From assembly GCA_051362555.1 (NCBI GenBank), contig CM120641.1, positions 7,502,001 to 7,566,000 on the forward strand: 64,000 nt of DNA, given 5' to 3'. This document shows, piece by piece, positions 11,601-25,800 of the stretch (position 1 is its first letter; the number at the start of each line of letters is the position of its first letter). The notes beneath the pieces are model-generated. The model saw only the letters and a list, made by a program, of their open reading frames with translations. It was not told the DNA's origin and did not search any database. This DNA comes from Lingula anatina (Eukaryota > Animalia > Brachiopoda). Position numbers and translations under genes: made by a program.

Positions 11601-14600
11601 AAATGAAAGATTGTGCTCCAATGCAATGCACTGCATGAAGTCTCATTGGAGGCAATGTTCAGCAATCGTAGTTTTACTACTGTATCAACAGACAATATTG
11701 TTAGGTCATGGCTATTGTAAGAATGCACTTGTAGCAAAAAAAAAAAAAAACTTAAATGAATGAATAAAATAATGATAAGGGCATGACATGCAAAATCAAA
11801 AATTAAACTTGGCAAGATTGTATTGTCACTAATGGTGTCACCTGATACTTGGCCTCATCAAATCTATACTCAATCACGTAAATATAGGCAATTCCTTATT
11901 CAAACTTCATTTGGTCTGCACATAAACAACGCAGTGTCAGCTTTAACTGGTGTCAGCTTTAAGCCTTTTCCCAGTGGGGATTGGTGAGGTATCCACACTA
12001 ATGACACTCCTTGCCTTTCAAACTAATAACTGCACAAATCAGAAAAGTATAAATCAATAAAATGGATAGGAATCCCACACAAAATAAACGAGAGACTGGC
12101 CTTTTTTTAAGTCGTTTGATACTTAGACTTACGGGTTTCAGTTGGGACTAAAAGGTTCCAGTGAGTCTTTCAATACATGTTATAAGATAATGACTTTCCT
12201 ATCTAAGTTGCCGTCTTACCCTTAAGCCACAAGTCATCTTTTAATGCTTCAGCAAATGCCGATGCTCCTGCATCGCCAACAAGGGGGTTGCAGTTCATTG
12301 TGATTCGACGCAAACCTGCCATTTTGTCCAAATCTGGGCGTCGGTAGCGTAAACTGTCCTGCCAGGCTTCATTATGTCTTTTCATGGCTTGGTGCTAGGA
12401 AGAAAAAACAAATTATCCTTAACTTAGGTTTGATTTGAGGTATTATGAAACCCTATAACTACAAATTTTGCTGTGAAAAAGGTGAATTAAACCACTAAAA
12501 ACAATTCATAATTATTTAAGTGAAAACTGGTCTCTACTAGCCAAACAGCCAGAATGCATGGATATGCCAAATTTCAATAAAAAAGGCATAATAATAGTTT
12601 GATATCTTTTATTTACTTGTATGAAAAGAAGCTGATGTTAAAGCCATGCAAACTCTTCACAAGCCAAGTTATCAAAATCCTTACAGGCTGCAGATAAGCT
12701 CAAAATAAAATGAAAACTAAATACGCAAAAAAAAAAAAAAAAGTGAAAAAGTCCCATAATAAAATTTGTTCACTACATGACCAGTAACTTCAATTACTTT
12801 CTGAATGCTCTGGATGTCAATTCTGAGGTCTCTATGCTCTATTTTGTTATCTTCCAAGCCATTAACCAACAATCATAAGATGTGACACAATTCAATATCT
12901 GCAGTCACAATTTCTTTAATGATATAATAGACCTTGTCTCCATCGATATTCTCTTTGATTAACGCAGCAGCTTCATTGCTGAGACCTTTGATCAAAATTT
13001 AGCTATAGCAAATCCACCATCCCTGGGGAAATATCAGAGAACTCTGATCTGACGTACTATGTAGTTCCATCAGGGTGATCAAGGAGGGATAAATTACACC
13101 TTTCATCAAACCGTAGCCTTTCTCAGAGGTTAAAAAGTGAATCTTATCATGAAATAAATCACAATGTGAAAACAGATTATATTTCAGCACTTAGGAGCTA
13201 TTGATGCTCAAACAGAGTTTTTTACTTGCTCCACTTTCTTCAGCTTTAGCAAAGTTGCAGTATATCTTGAGCAACATAAAAAAATTGTCACTGAATATGA
13301 GCAATATTTCCCAAATGACAAACAGACAGTACACCTAGGAACTTCACAGCAGGAGTATAAGGAATTAAAAAATAAAACAATATTTCTTTTTTTTCATTTG
13401 CCAAACACAATAAGTTGTAGACAGTTGCAAAAAAAAATTAAAAAAAAAAAAAAATCAAACCTTCTCATGACTAACATGAGCTCAGCCACATTTTACTTAA
13501 CATAAAAAGAGGATGTGTGGGCACTTGAGAAGAAGATTATGGAAACCAGATATGGAATTAAAAGCAATGAAGTACTTCCAAAAGCTAAAACTAATGTTCC
13601 ACAACCATGAGCTTTGCCAGTTTGCCAGCTTCTGGTTTTCCTCTTACAGGTACACATTGAGGAACCTTCGTAGATGAGTTTCCATGGCAACATGATACAT
13701 ATGTGTGGTAAGAGCATTAATGTTAGGACCCAGCCTATGAGAGCAGTTGGTTGGATGGTGATGAAATGACGAAGTACGACAGCGTACTTCCCACCATCAC
13801 TCACTCCTTCAATTTGAACTTATGATCAGCTTGTTTCGTATTGATCACTCATTGGTCCCTGGTGTGGTATTGAGGAGGCAGCATAACAGATGACAGTTTC
13901 TCCTTAATGGCTTAAACGCTTTTTATCACAGCAGGCCACACATTTTGAGTGGTGAGAGGTGATGAAGAGGCATTAATCCTACTGATATTCCTCCACAGTA
14001 AACACCCTAGTTTTCTACACAGCTATATTGATTAATCTCATTACCTTGCTGCACGCCATCTGCTAGGATATCACAAAGGTAAGAAAGTTGAACAAATCCC
14101 AGTGGCAAAGTAAAATATTTGTGTAATTTGGGAACAGAAATACCTCTGCATTATCTTGTAATCTTGTAAGTTGTTACAACTGGAAGAAGTGCAAAATGCC
14201 ATTTCTCAGTGTTAAGTGATTACAACAAACAATTCTGAACAGCACCTGGTACGGAATACTGGGTTGTGAACATTTTAATAGCTAACCAGGTTGGTTTTAT
14301 TCCCTGTTGTCTGCCAAGTTTTAACATTACCTTAGAGACAAACAGAAAAAGCAACTTCAAAGCTGTACTGACTGATTTAAAATTAGCAATGGATCTCACC
14401 ATTTTTAGGAATGATAGAAAACAGTCATTCACAGAATATTACGAATATGTAGAAATTGTCTAAAGACAAATGCTTTAGGCAAATGCTTTTCTTAAAAGCA
14501 CCCAATTCAAGATATTCTGCACTTAAATTATTGGACAAGCAATTAAATATGCCGATTCTAATAACGTGTTATAACAAATCAATGAACAACTTAATGCAAG

Positions 14601-17600
14601 GATCGTTGCATAACTGCCAAATGATGGTGTTTTCCAAATAAAAACAACCCAAGCCAAGACTTTGAACACATTGCAAGTACATGAATCGCTTCTTATCCAG
14701 GACAATTTAAACTTTAAAAACATACAGGAGATAAATGGCCTTAATCAATATTGCACAATATAAATCATATCCACCGTCTCCAGTCCAGCTTAGGCAGTTA
14801 GCAATCTTGACACAGTTTGAAAATAATGCAGGTTATAGCGCAAGAGTCTCATGAAGTTGAATCATAGAATAAATGGTGTGTTTTAACTTTAGAAAACTTG
14901 TATTTTGGCAGGAGTTTTGATCTTTTGCTTTTTTCCAAAATTATTACAGTATAATGGTGAGTATCAGTAAAGAAAGATTAAAGGTTGGTAAGTTGGAGAA
15001 AAATGCCATTTACCCTGGGAAAATTTGTTAAATATGAGTTTTTGGCTGGAAAATTTTGGCCTGGAAGGCTTTAATGGTGAGTTTGGCTTGCTTATAAAAT
15101 GCTTCTTATAAGTGGGTAGACACTAAAGGTGTAAATGATTTTCTTGGCATTTATTTTACTGTTTTGCAATCAATGAAAAAAAAGAGGGAATAAAATAGGA
15201 TCAATTTGTCATCATCTTTAACACCTACAAATGGCATTTCTATATGTCCCCGTGATAAATCAAGTGATTAAAAAACAATGATAGAAATACTATTACCAGT
15301 GTAATTAAACAACACAGTCCAACAGATTCCCAATGATGACCAAATTATCAGAAAGCTAGAAAGTGACCCTTTTCACATTAAATCACCCAGACATGGTTAG
15401 AAGAAAAAATTACTGAAGGAATCTAATCAATTGATACAAAGAAACACATTTCCCATTTCGATTACTTTATGGAAGACTGCATTTTGCACTTGCTTATTTC
15501 CTCTTTTCAAAAGGCTTTCGATTCTAAAAGCAAGAAGAAAGTGAAATCAAGCCAAAGATTCTGATCAAAGAGCAACAGTGGAGTGCTCTGCTGTTTACTA
15601 TAATATTCACTCTGTTGCTATGGTTTTGCTTCTCTGAAGCCATTTTCTGTTTCTCAAATGAAGAAATTAAACAGATATGACTAGAAAAAAGTTATACCTA
15701 CAGGTACCTACTACACTAAAGACTTATTACCAATGAAACTATTGTTCTATTATTTTATGTTCCAACTTGGTGGGGACTCTCGTGAATGCGATCAGACTAA
15801 CATCTGGTTTCCAACGTAGTTGTTTATCTACCAGCTTTTCTGTATTCTACTCAACACCATAGTCCCCCCAGAGTTGGAGCGATCAATGTAGAATGGTAGT
15901 TTCATTGGAAATGAGCCCTTTTTTGCACATACAAAGCTAAAGAAGAAACCAACTGCTCTGACAAAGACTGGGTTCCCATACTTAGATCGATCCATCTGGA
16001 TCGACCTAACTCCCTGAGGGTTCACGCTAAATTGCTATCAGCTCAAGAGGCTTAAATGTCTGTCACGCCTACTGAATCATCTAGGGGTAAAGATAATTAC
16101 CCTCTTACAGTTTTACTAGGCGTGATAGACGTTTAAGCCAGTTAATTTGATAGCAATTTAGTGAGACTCCCCAGGGAGATAGATCGATCCAAATATCTGT
16201 GGGAACAGTACATTCTGGACCTTCTAGAGTTTGATACAGTGGCAAAGAAATTGGTCCCAAAGATATTCTAATATGTAGTCAAGTTTTTCAAGGCAACCAA
16301 ATTCAGTCAATTCACAATAAATGTAAAATAAACATTTTTAGAAGCCAGCAACATGTCCCAAATTTAAACTTTTACAAATATTAGTATTTTGAATACATAT
16401 AGTTAGGTCATAGTTATTGTGAAATATGTACTCCTACCAGATGAAATTTTTAAAAATTAAATTATTCTTGCTATCAAGAATGATTAATCTGTTCAGTGAA
16501 TCATAAAATCATCTGAACTATGCATGTGTATAAATTATGTTCATACATAATCAAATTTTACTATCTAGTTCACATCCTCTACACAAAACCTTTATCATTC
16601 TACTGTGGCATGTGTTTCCTTATATATGAAAAGTAGACAAAAATGTCTTATCCGGTAATTTCACTAATTTTCAAAGTAACCTTAGATACAGGGACTTGGT
16701 CTAATTACAAATTTCCTGGCATCCTCAGCAAAAACAGAAACACCCAGTAAATTTGCCTTTTTAAGACCATTTCTTTAAAGCATATTTTATATCCATTACC
16801 ATTTTGCATCAAAGCAAGGGCACTAGTATGTATCATTAATTACATAAGATATAATAGAGTACAAGATATAATACAAACACAAGCAATCCATAAAGATATA
16901 AAGTTAGATCCAAGATGACAACAAATCACATGCCCAGACCTATTAAGTAATTAACAATTTCACACCTTTTAATTCTTATTCTCAGTGGTGCCTTAATCAC
17001 CTTAAAAGAGCAGAACCAAACTCATCCACATGTCAGAAGAATTTGCCACATGTATGCTTACTCGTCTTTCAACTCTACCCTTATCTTTGCCTTCTCCTGT
17101 TGGCTAAACCCAAGGCAATCATCATGGCACTCAACCAACATGAAAAATTCATGAATTCCTGCAGCAACAATTCTGGAGACACCCTATTTTCATAGGGAAT
17201 CTCTTGGGGGCAAAGCCTGTGTGTAAAATTAGTCTTTCTGCCTCATTGTCTAGACCAAAGACCGTAATGTTTTAATTCTAACTACTGTCCATCAGAGCAT
17301 TGCCAATGAGAACAAACTTTTTGATTACAGTAAAAAAATTAAAATGGCCAATTCTGCAACCAATACTTTGGAGCTGCTTTTCCAGACACCTGCCCCTACT
17401 GATGGTTCTCTTGAATTCAAGAGAGATGTTCCACAGCTTTGACCATGTTCATAAAATTTTCAAGGAAAAATGCTTACATAAATCAATAGGCCATGGACTA
17501 CCTGATTCAACCAGCACTTGCTCCTTTTCCAAAAACATGTTGAATGATTTCAAAGGTTGATACTTTCTAGCAAAAAAAATTACCTTTTAAAAAGCAAGTA

Positions 17601-19807
17601 AATAAAAACATGACCCTTGTAACAAATAACAACATTTACATTCAAGGCTTTTTTGTACTTGTCTTTCAGCTATAAAAATAGAAAAGAAATTAAGAAAATT
17701 GTCAAAATAGAATGAAATAAAATAAAGCATAAAAATAAAAACAAAGACAAAAAAGTAATAAATATGCATTGTTTATTTATTTACCCCCTAGAAGTGAACA
17801 GAAACACCATGCTATTCACTAACAGAGCACCTGCTCACCCACAAATGGTATCCTCTGCCAATAATCTCTGTCAAAAATTGAATCCCCCAAACTGCACACC
17901 AATCGATAATGGCAAATAGCTATTTATGTAGAATATAATTACCAGACTTGTTAGTATTAGTGCTGTTATGACATGGGTCTTATCCTACTGGGCACAGCAA
18001 AATGATATTGTCATTATTGCAAATCAGATGTGGACAGTTACTGGTAGGTGGCTAGATAAATACAGTTATACATCTTGTTTTCAGGAGCAGAACCAGCATC
18101 CTATCGAAGGCTGAATGCTTCACAGCATGGTGATATATCTCACAAGAAAAGTTCTGAAAGCTTCTTAGGAAATAATATCTTAACTTATTTACTGCCTTTA
18201 AAAGGAAAAAGTTGTTCATTTAATACACAGAACTGAGACTCTCAATATTTGATGTTGTGAAAACATGTTGGTGGACACACTGCAGCGTCATCAATGGTGG
18301 CTGGACCAGATAAACCAGCACGACACTGTCATCCTTCGCCATCAAAAATCTCGTCTTCAGAAAGCCATTTTGGAACTTTTCAACAAAACAGGGCCAGGAG
18401 AGCGAAGGGCAGAACTAATAAGATTTTGGCTTCGACTGAACTACACCTTAACAACAAGTTCTCCCACTACAATAACAACGGCTAATGCTTTAAATGAGGA
18501 ATACCAAGAGGAGATATATGAATATTCTTTCTCACTTGTGGCTGTAATATCTGGAATATTTGTTTTTCTTACACTGGCTGCAACAATTGGTGTCATAGTA
18601 TTCTGCACCAAGAGAAACTCTGTTTTCTCATCAGCTAGATCAAAGAGATCCACTTCACGTGATACTGTTAATTCTTATGAAATGACCGATGCTAGTCTTA
18701 CGGACATAGAATATACAGACTATGAAACAGAAACAGAGGTAGACGAACCTCACTCAGTTGTATCATTCATTCAAGAAAGCGACTACGAAGATGAGACCCC
18801 CTTAGTTTCTCCTTCATCCGAGATTCCTCAGGCCATGCCCACCTCTGCACACTACGGTTCTACACACAGAACTCGCAGAGACATGAATGTCAACAGCCTC
18901 TTTGACCCAGGCCCCAGCACCAGCGGTGTCTCATCAACCACTTCCTTGAACATTAAGAAAAGTCAGTCATATAATGGGCGTCTTTATGAACACATCTCTC
19001 CTAACTCTGGAGATGAAAGTGATGAAGATTACGACACAATTCACTGCCTTAACACTGATGACGCACTTCTTGCTTGTTCTGGTAAAGCCCCACTGGGAAA
19101 GAGTTTAATCAGAAGCGCAAAGCAAAAAGGAATTGCTATGGCCAAGAGTGTTAAAAAGAGCATTTCTTTTGATAGCAAGTTCAAGTACAGGGAAATCAGA
19201 GAATAGACTTTGCTGATCTTTCATTATGTGCCCAGCCAAGAAAAATTGATTGGGTTTTTAGGAGAATTCCCTATGTATCTCATTCATTCATGAAGACTAT
19301 CTCTGCTGCATGCTTTCATAAAAAACACTTTTGTTTTATTGCACATGGATAACATGTAATTCATACAGATGTTTCAGAGGTATTTTCCATAGTTGTCTTC
19401 AAAAGTTCACTTTACAATCAACATTTATGACAGCCTTGTTTTTCCAAATGTTTACCTGCCTATCCAAACTGTGTACTGAGCTATTTAAACAGTAATTTCT
19501 ATCAAGTATTACTTATTAGCTAGCCTGGGGATTTGAATCTAATTAAATATAACTATCCTACACTTTATCTATATTCATTTAGGAAAATCACCTTCATTAC
19601 ATTTAACTCCATTCATCTGTGTAAATTGGTAATGAAATTGAACAACTTGATTTTAATGAATTTTATTGGGCTAAGGGATGTCTGTCAATACAGAATTAGA
19701 CAAAGCACTGTTTCAATGTACAAATGAGAAATAAAAGACAAATATACTATATCATCCACACACCTATGTGTCCTAAATGATCTGTTGCACAATCTGTTAG
19801 TCACATG

Positions 19808-19838
<31 letters not shown>

Positions 19839-22800
19839 GGGGGGGCAGGGGGATGGGGAGGGGGGAAGAGGGGATCAATTAAGCTGCAGCATTTCCTTTG
19901 TCACAAGAGCAACTACTAGTATTACGGTAATAAAATTCTGCAGCATTATATTTCTATGGAAAATGCTGCAAAATACTGTCTGAAATTTTTCCTACAAGGA
20001 ATATATAAAAAAAATGAGACTCTTGTATTTTTTTATTTATTTATCTTTTTTTTAATTTTTTAAATTTTTTTTATTTTTATTTATTTATTTATTTTTATTT
20101 ATTTATTTTAATGACTGAAAATGTTTTGCTTTTATCTGAAAAAGAATAGTTATTGTTGAACTGATTGTGACCCCTCTCAATACCAAGAAACATTTTGGAT
20201 AAAGGAAAATCAAGTGAGACTAATTTTGTGTGAGAAAAGTTTCAAATTATCTGTGAAGCAGTAACAATGTTTCTCTCTTCTCTCTTATACCTTTTATATG
20301 ACAATTGCAAAAACAATACCTATTGCGATCCTGACACATGTTAAAGCTCAAATCAATTCTACCTTCCAAATTAAACTAACTTAGAAAGGTATTATGAATA
20401 TAAGTTGTCACTTTGGACTTGTTAAAAGTGTACTCAATATTTTCCATTGAATAACATGAACTTAAAGGCAAACAAAGCTCTGGCAGCTTTCCTGCTGATT
20501 TTCAAAATGGAGTTACGTGCCAAGAGCTGAGCCATATTATAGATTGCAGCAACCAAAAGTAATAGACTTTCTCTGGGTAACACAATGAATGTTTAATTGT
20601 CCTGCAATCAAAATTATTGACAGAAATCTCAGAGGGCTTGGTTTGTGTTTGACACGTAATTTGTGTCTTCCCAACAAGGGACTGCTAGCTGTCACCAGTA
20701 TCCACTAGCCCTTAATGGCAATCATCACTGAGATGATAAATGGAATAGCGCACATCATTGTGCCATTTGCAATCGTAATTGAAAAAAGGGCTGCCAATTT
20801 TACATAATGTCACCAGACACTGCCTATCATGTTTTTGAATGCAAAACTGTGCAGAAATTGCTGTGAGACTCACTTATTCTGACTAAAATCTGTCCATTAG
20901 TTATTATGGCTCAGTGTGTTTAATTGTAGGTTCAGACAGTTGCTGATTGTTGCTTAAAAACTAGCATTGCACATCAATAAACAATTGCAAATGCTCATCC
21001 TTAAATAGGACAGAAATGCCTGATCTTTTTCACCAGGAAAATGTGCTTTATCTTGTGCACTCATGCTTACACTTTTCCATGTCTGTGAACAGAAAGACAA
21101 CAAAGCTATGAGTAGTAGGTTAATTTCCGAGATTCATATCATTTCTTTTATGTATCGTGGATCATAATGGGTGATTTTTTCCTGGATGAGCTAGCAAATG
21201 GCATGTAGCTTCTATATTAATTTCTCCTGGATGTAAGAGATTACTCCTTAAAATGATGGTTCAGTCAAACAAAAAACAACTGGTATATGATAGTTTGGAC
21301 TTAAATAAGTCATTCCCTTGTGTTAACAATGTATAATAGAATGTAACAAACCAGAAATTTACACTAAAATGAAGGCCAGCAGTAACCCATGGGGCGAGTT
21401 CCTTTAAGAATTGAAATATCCCACAATGCAGTTTTTTGTGGCATAGGGCTCATTCCCAATGAAATGATCAATATACGTAGATCAATCCAACTCCGCAGGG
21501 ACTCTCACTGAATGCAATCAGATTAGTTGATTAACACACTGCCTCCGGAGTTGAATACAGAAAAGCTGGTGATTATATGAGCATGTTGGAAACAAAAGAA
21601 AGCGTGTTAACCTGTCAATCTATGACATTTAGCGAGAGTCCCTGCGGAGTTGGAATAATCTATGCAGAAGGATAGTTTCAATGGGAACAAGCCAAAAGAC
21701 TCCTCTGGAGGGGAAACAGACTCTGCTATGCACCTCTCGAGCACTGGAGATCAGAAATTGAAACAGGATTAAGTGGTCTTTCTTTCACGTAGGGGCCGCC
21801 ATATTTAATCCTTGGATCAGGTGATACTTGGATCTTTTATTCCGAATGGCCCCTATGGCTCAGTGATTTTCTTATACAACTTTATAATAATCAAATGTGC
21901 TTCAATTTTGTAACTTGTAACCATTGTGTCACTAATTTCCTTTCTTCAAGAAGTTTTTTAGCATTGGAAATTTGATAAAAGCCTTTTTTCCTTTAAATAA
22001 TTTGACCCATGTGGACTTGAACACCCATCCACCTTATACTGTGGCATTGTGACAGGCAGATTTATATGAGTTTGTTGAAGTACACTGCATTACAGGTTTG
22101 ATTTGAGCCTAAAATGGCTGCTTACAAAGGGGGAGCTGTTTCAGTAAATTCTCTGTATATCTATTTGAATGAAAACAAAAAGGAACAATTGAATCATTTT
22201 TATTGATTCACAGTGATAGAAAATACCTATAGGTTTGTACAACTAACTTAAAAAAATGTCCCTGGGGTATTCTTTTAATATCTATACATCACTTTAATGT
22301 TTAAAGCAGGCTAGCAGTGGTTAAGTTTGTGTTCAGATGGTAAAAAAGAGCCCCTCAAGGGTTTTCCCTTTATAACATTTTATCAAAGTTAAGGTTACCA
22401 ATTCCTTGACCCCTGGAAATGTCACAGAGCTTGTGAACTTTAAATTTGAGGATTTCATGGAAATAATAAATAGTACATTTAATTCCAGTTTGAATAATCA
22501 AGTAAAATTAAACACACACATTGACATGCACAAACATATTTTATTTAAATATCTAACTTATCCCCAACCCTCACTCCCCAAGGAGACATATTAAATTATG
22601 TTTCATCAGTTTGCTACCAAGATGAGCTTATACTTTATTAACACTGAAAGAAAAATTCTTTCTAAGTTAAATCTTTTAAAATTTTAGGCTACCATGATGA
22701 TCATCAACAAACAAAAGAATGGTTGCCCATGTGGACAACATCACCATCATTTCCAAGTTAAATTCTTATGATAATATAAACCTGTCCAAGTTCTTCGGTA

Positions 22801-25800
22801 AGGTAATGGAAAAATGACACCACTTCATCATTCTTTTATTATCAACATTAATAACCACATTAGCCATATTATTCTAACTTTGTTACCGTAAGAGATAATG
22901 GAAAAATGCAGTTATCTGGGCCTTGAGAGACTAAAGAAGATTCTGGCAAAGACAGCAAATATTCAAAGAAAAGCTCCTCTGAAGCAAATGAAAAAATTGC
23001 TGGTTTTTTTTCTATGATCATTTTTTCCCTAAAAACATTATATTCCCAGTGGGCTTTGATTTTCTGCAGCTGCTCTTAGCTTGGGGAATGCACAACTTCT
23101 GTAAAAATTTCCTTTTTGGTCAAAATTCCATATCTAAAAGTGGGTGTAATTTTTAGATCTGAGATAGGCTCCTTCAAAATATCTTATGCACCTATCCCCT
23201 TTCCCTCTTCAAAATGTTAACATAAACATAACATAAAAAGGCTTCCTGTATTCATAGATTTAAGCAATATATGAAATATTTTCTTGCATGGGCATGCTAA
23301 ACAGACTGCATAGATCCAAGTGCGTGACACCATACTCTAATCTTCGACACCAAAGAAGAATGTAGCCATCAGGAAGTTAGGGGCACTCACTTTTCCTTGG
23401 AGACAACAGTTGCCCTTATCAATTCAGAAGCTAAGAAATTAGGAAAATATTTATTTTCACACACTTCTGAGCAAGCTATGAATAACTGACTATGGAATGA
23501 ACCACACAGGACCACAGTCAAATGCTGTGCAATGGTCACATCATCACCATACAGATAGAACAGGGCATTATAGAAAATTTATTTTTCAATTCGGGGAAAT
23601 AAGCCTTGTACAAACGGACCTTTACATGTATAATCAAAGCAAGCACAACCTCTAGAATTCAAGAATGCCCAAGTGACCAAGACTACTAATGACTTTTACT
23701 TCTAAATCTTACTGAAGACAAGCAACTGGGAAATAGGTTCTTTATAATTATTGCTATGGGCTTGTCAAATGTATGTTTTCCCTTCCCTTTACCATCTAGC
23801 ATTACTTCTGACATGAAACACTTTACTATATATTGGGCACTGATTGTTGCATTTTCCTGCTGTCAGAAGGTGTGCTTTGGGTCTCTGGACTCACTCCAGC
23901 ATAGCCAATTTTAAGCTAAATGCTAAACATACTCTGATTGCAATTGGTTAAAGAAAATAAAGAAAATGTAAAATATTCTACCACCTTTTGCCAAATGTTT
24001 TTTTTTTTTTTATTTTTTGCCAAGATTATCCAACAGTATGACTAAAAGAAATTTAATCCCAGATATAGAGTGACCCCGCAGCTACCTTGCCTTGTTCTTC
24101 TGCTGACACCTTAAAATAATGTAAGTTGGGGAATATTTTTGCTATTTTCCAGACAAAATAAGTCTTTCATACAACATAGCAAACTAAAACTAAATATATA
24201 GAATTAAAGTAATGTCTTCCAAAAGTTCACCAATAAATAAAAAAAAAAAAAAAGAAAGAAACTTGCAGATGTGCTCTGCAAAGTCCAAGTGAGGAACAAT
24301 AATTTTATATAAAACAGTACTGCAAGAATCCTGTTACGCAGAATTGTACAACAATGCCTGAGGTGTCTGACATTCACCATTTATTATTTTTTTCTTCATA
24401 AAATCTAAAACAAAATAGAAAAGATCTTACAGCTGGATAATGCGACATACAAACTGGTCCCTGTGCATTCTTGGTAATTTACTCTAGGTGTCCCTCCAAG
24501 GGCTTAAAACCTTTACGCAGAAATCCAGAAAAGGCCACTGATTGATAACTTGACCATAATTTTTCATTGATCTATCTGCACTCCCACTTGGGGCATGCCA
24601 AATAACAAAGTTAGATGTTGTGCAACGCAGGATCTAAGCTTTTTCTTTTTAAATGAGCCTGGAGCTTTGATAAGGAAATGTGATTTAGGCCGTAGGTCTA
24701 CAGACAAAATCCATCTTGCCACTTTAATTAACCCAGTCAGGCAATGGAATCAAGGCGACACAAAAACCAATTTTGCAATCTGGCATTCTCCATGCAAATT
24801 AACTAATCTTTTGCTGTGTTTGGTCTAGGAAAACACTGGTAATGTTATTTCTTCTTGGTTCATGCATTAAATGTACATCTGATTCCATGCCAATGTCCAT
24901 AAACTGGATGCTCTTCAATGATATTAATTCCAAGACTGATAAGTGATGACAGCTCATGCAATCCCCTATCAGACAAAAACAAACACTTAAACTTTCAGAA
25001 AAATGAATTACATTTCTGAAAGTCACTTTATACAATACCACAATCTTACACAAAAACAACATTTCTTGCAGCTTATCAAAAGTTTTATCATGGTAAAATC
25101 ATGATGGGGGAGGAGGAGAAATGAAAAACAAACCAGAGGCTCATTATCAAAGTGACTGTAAATTTCAGAGGTTTACTACTTGGTTGCAGCTAAATGCACA
25201 TTGTCTATTCCACATTCAATATCACCAGTTCCTCAAATATCCAGACTCAAGTGCATTTCTAGACATCCTCTGCAATATTCAGATTTCTCCCACTTCATGC
25301 TGACCTCAGTATCAATGTTAACCCTCATCCTTTAAGGAAACCATAGCTTTTCAAGGAATAACTAAAACAACAACAATAATAATTCATATATACATAAGAT
25401 ATATGATACACATCTGTACAAGAAAAGCAATCAATATGTGCCACCTTGTAACTGTCAAAAAACATGTTCAAGAGTCTGAATGTTTCATGTATAATGGATG
25501 CACTGACACTTGTACAGTATGAAAAGATATGCCGCAAACATGAAAATGTAATAACAGAAATAACAGACTTTCACATCTGACTTCATCAATTAATCAGTTC
25601 AGTGGTCAACACAAATATATCCTCAGGTGACAAAAAAATATCACTGTGTTCCTCAATCATCAAGATAGCTCAGAGATCACAATAGTGATCATATTCTAAT
25701 GCAGACATTAATAACAAACACGTACAACACAAAGATACACCCTAGCTTATAAAACAGCATTTAATAACTAAACTGGCACTACATTCAGTCTGTCTGTTTC

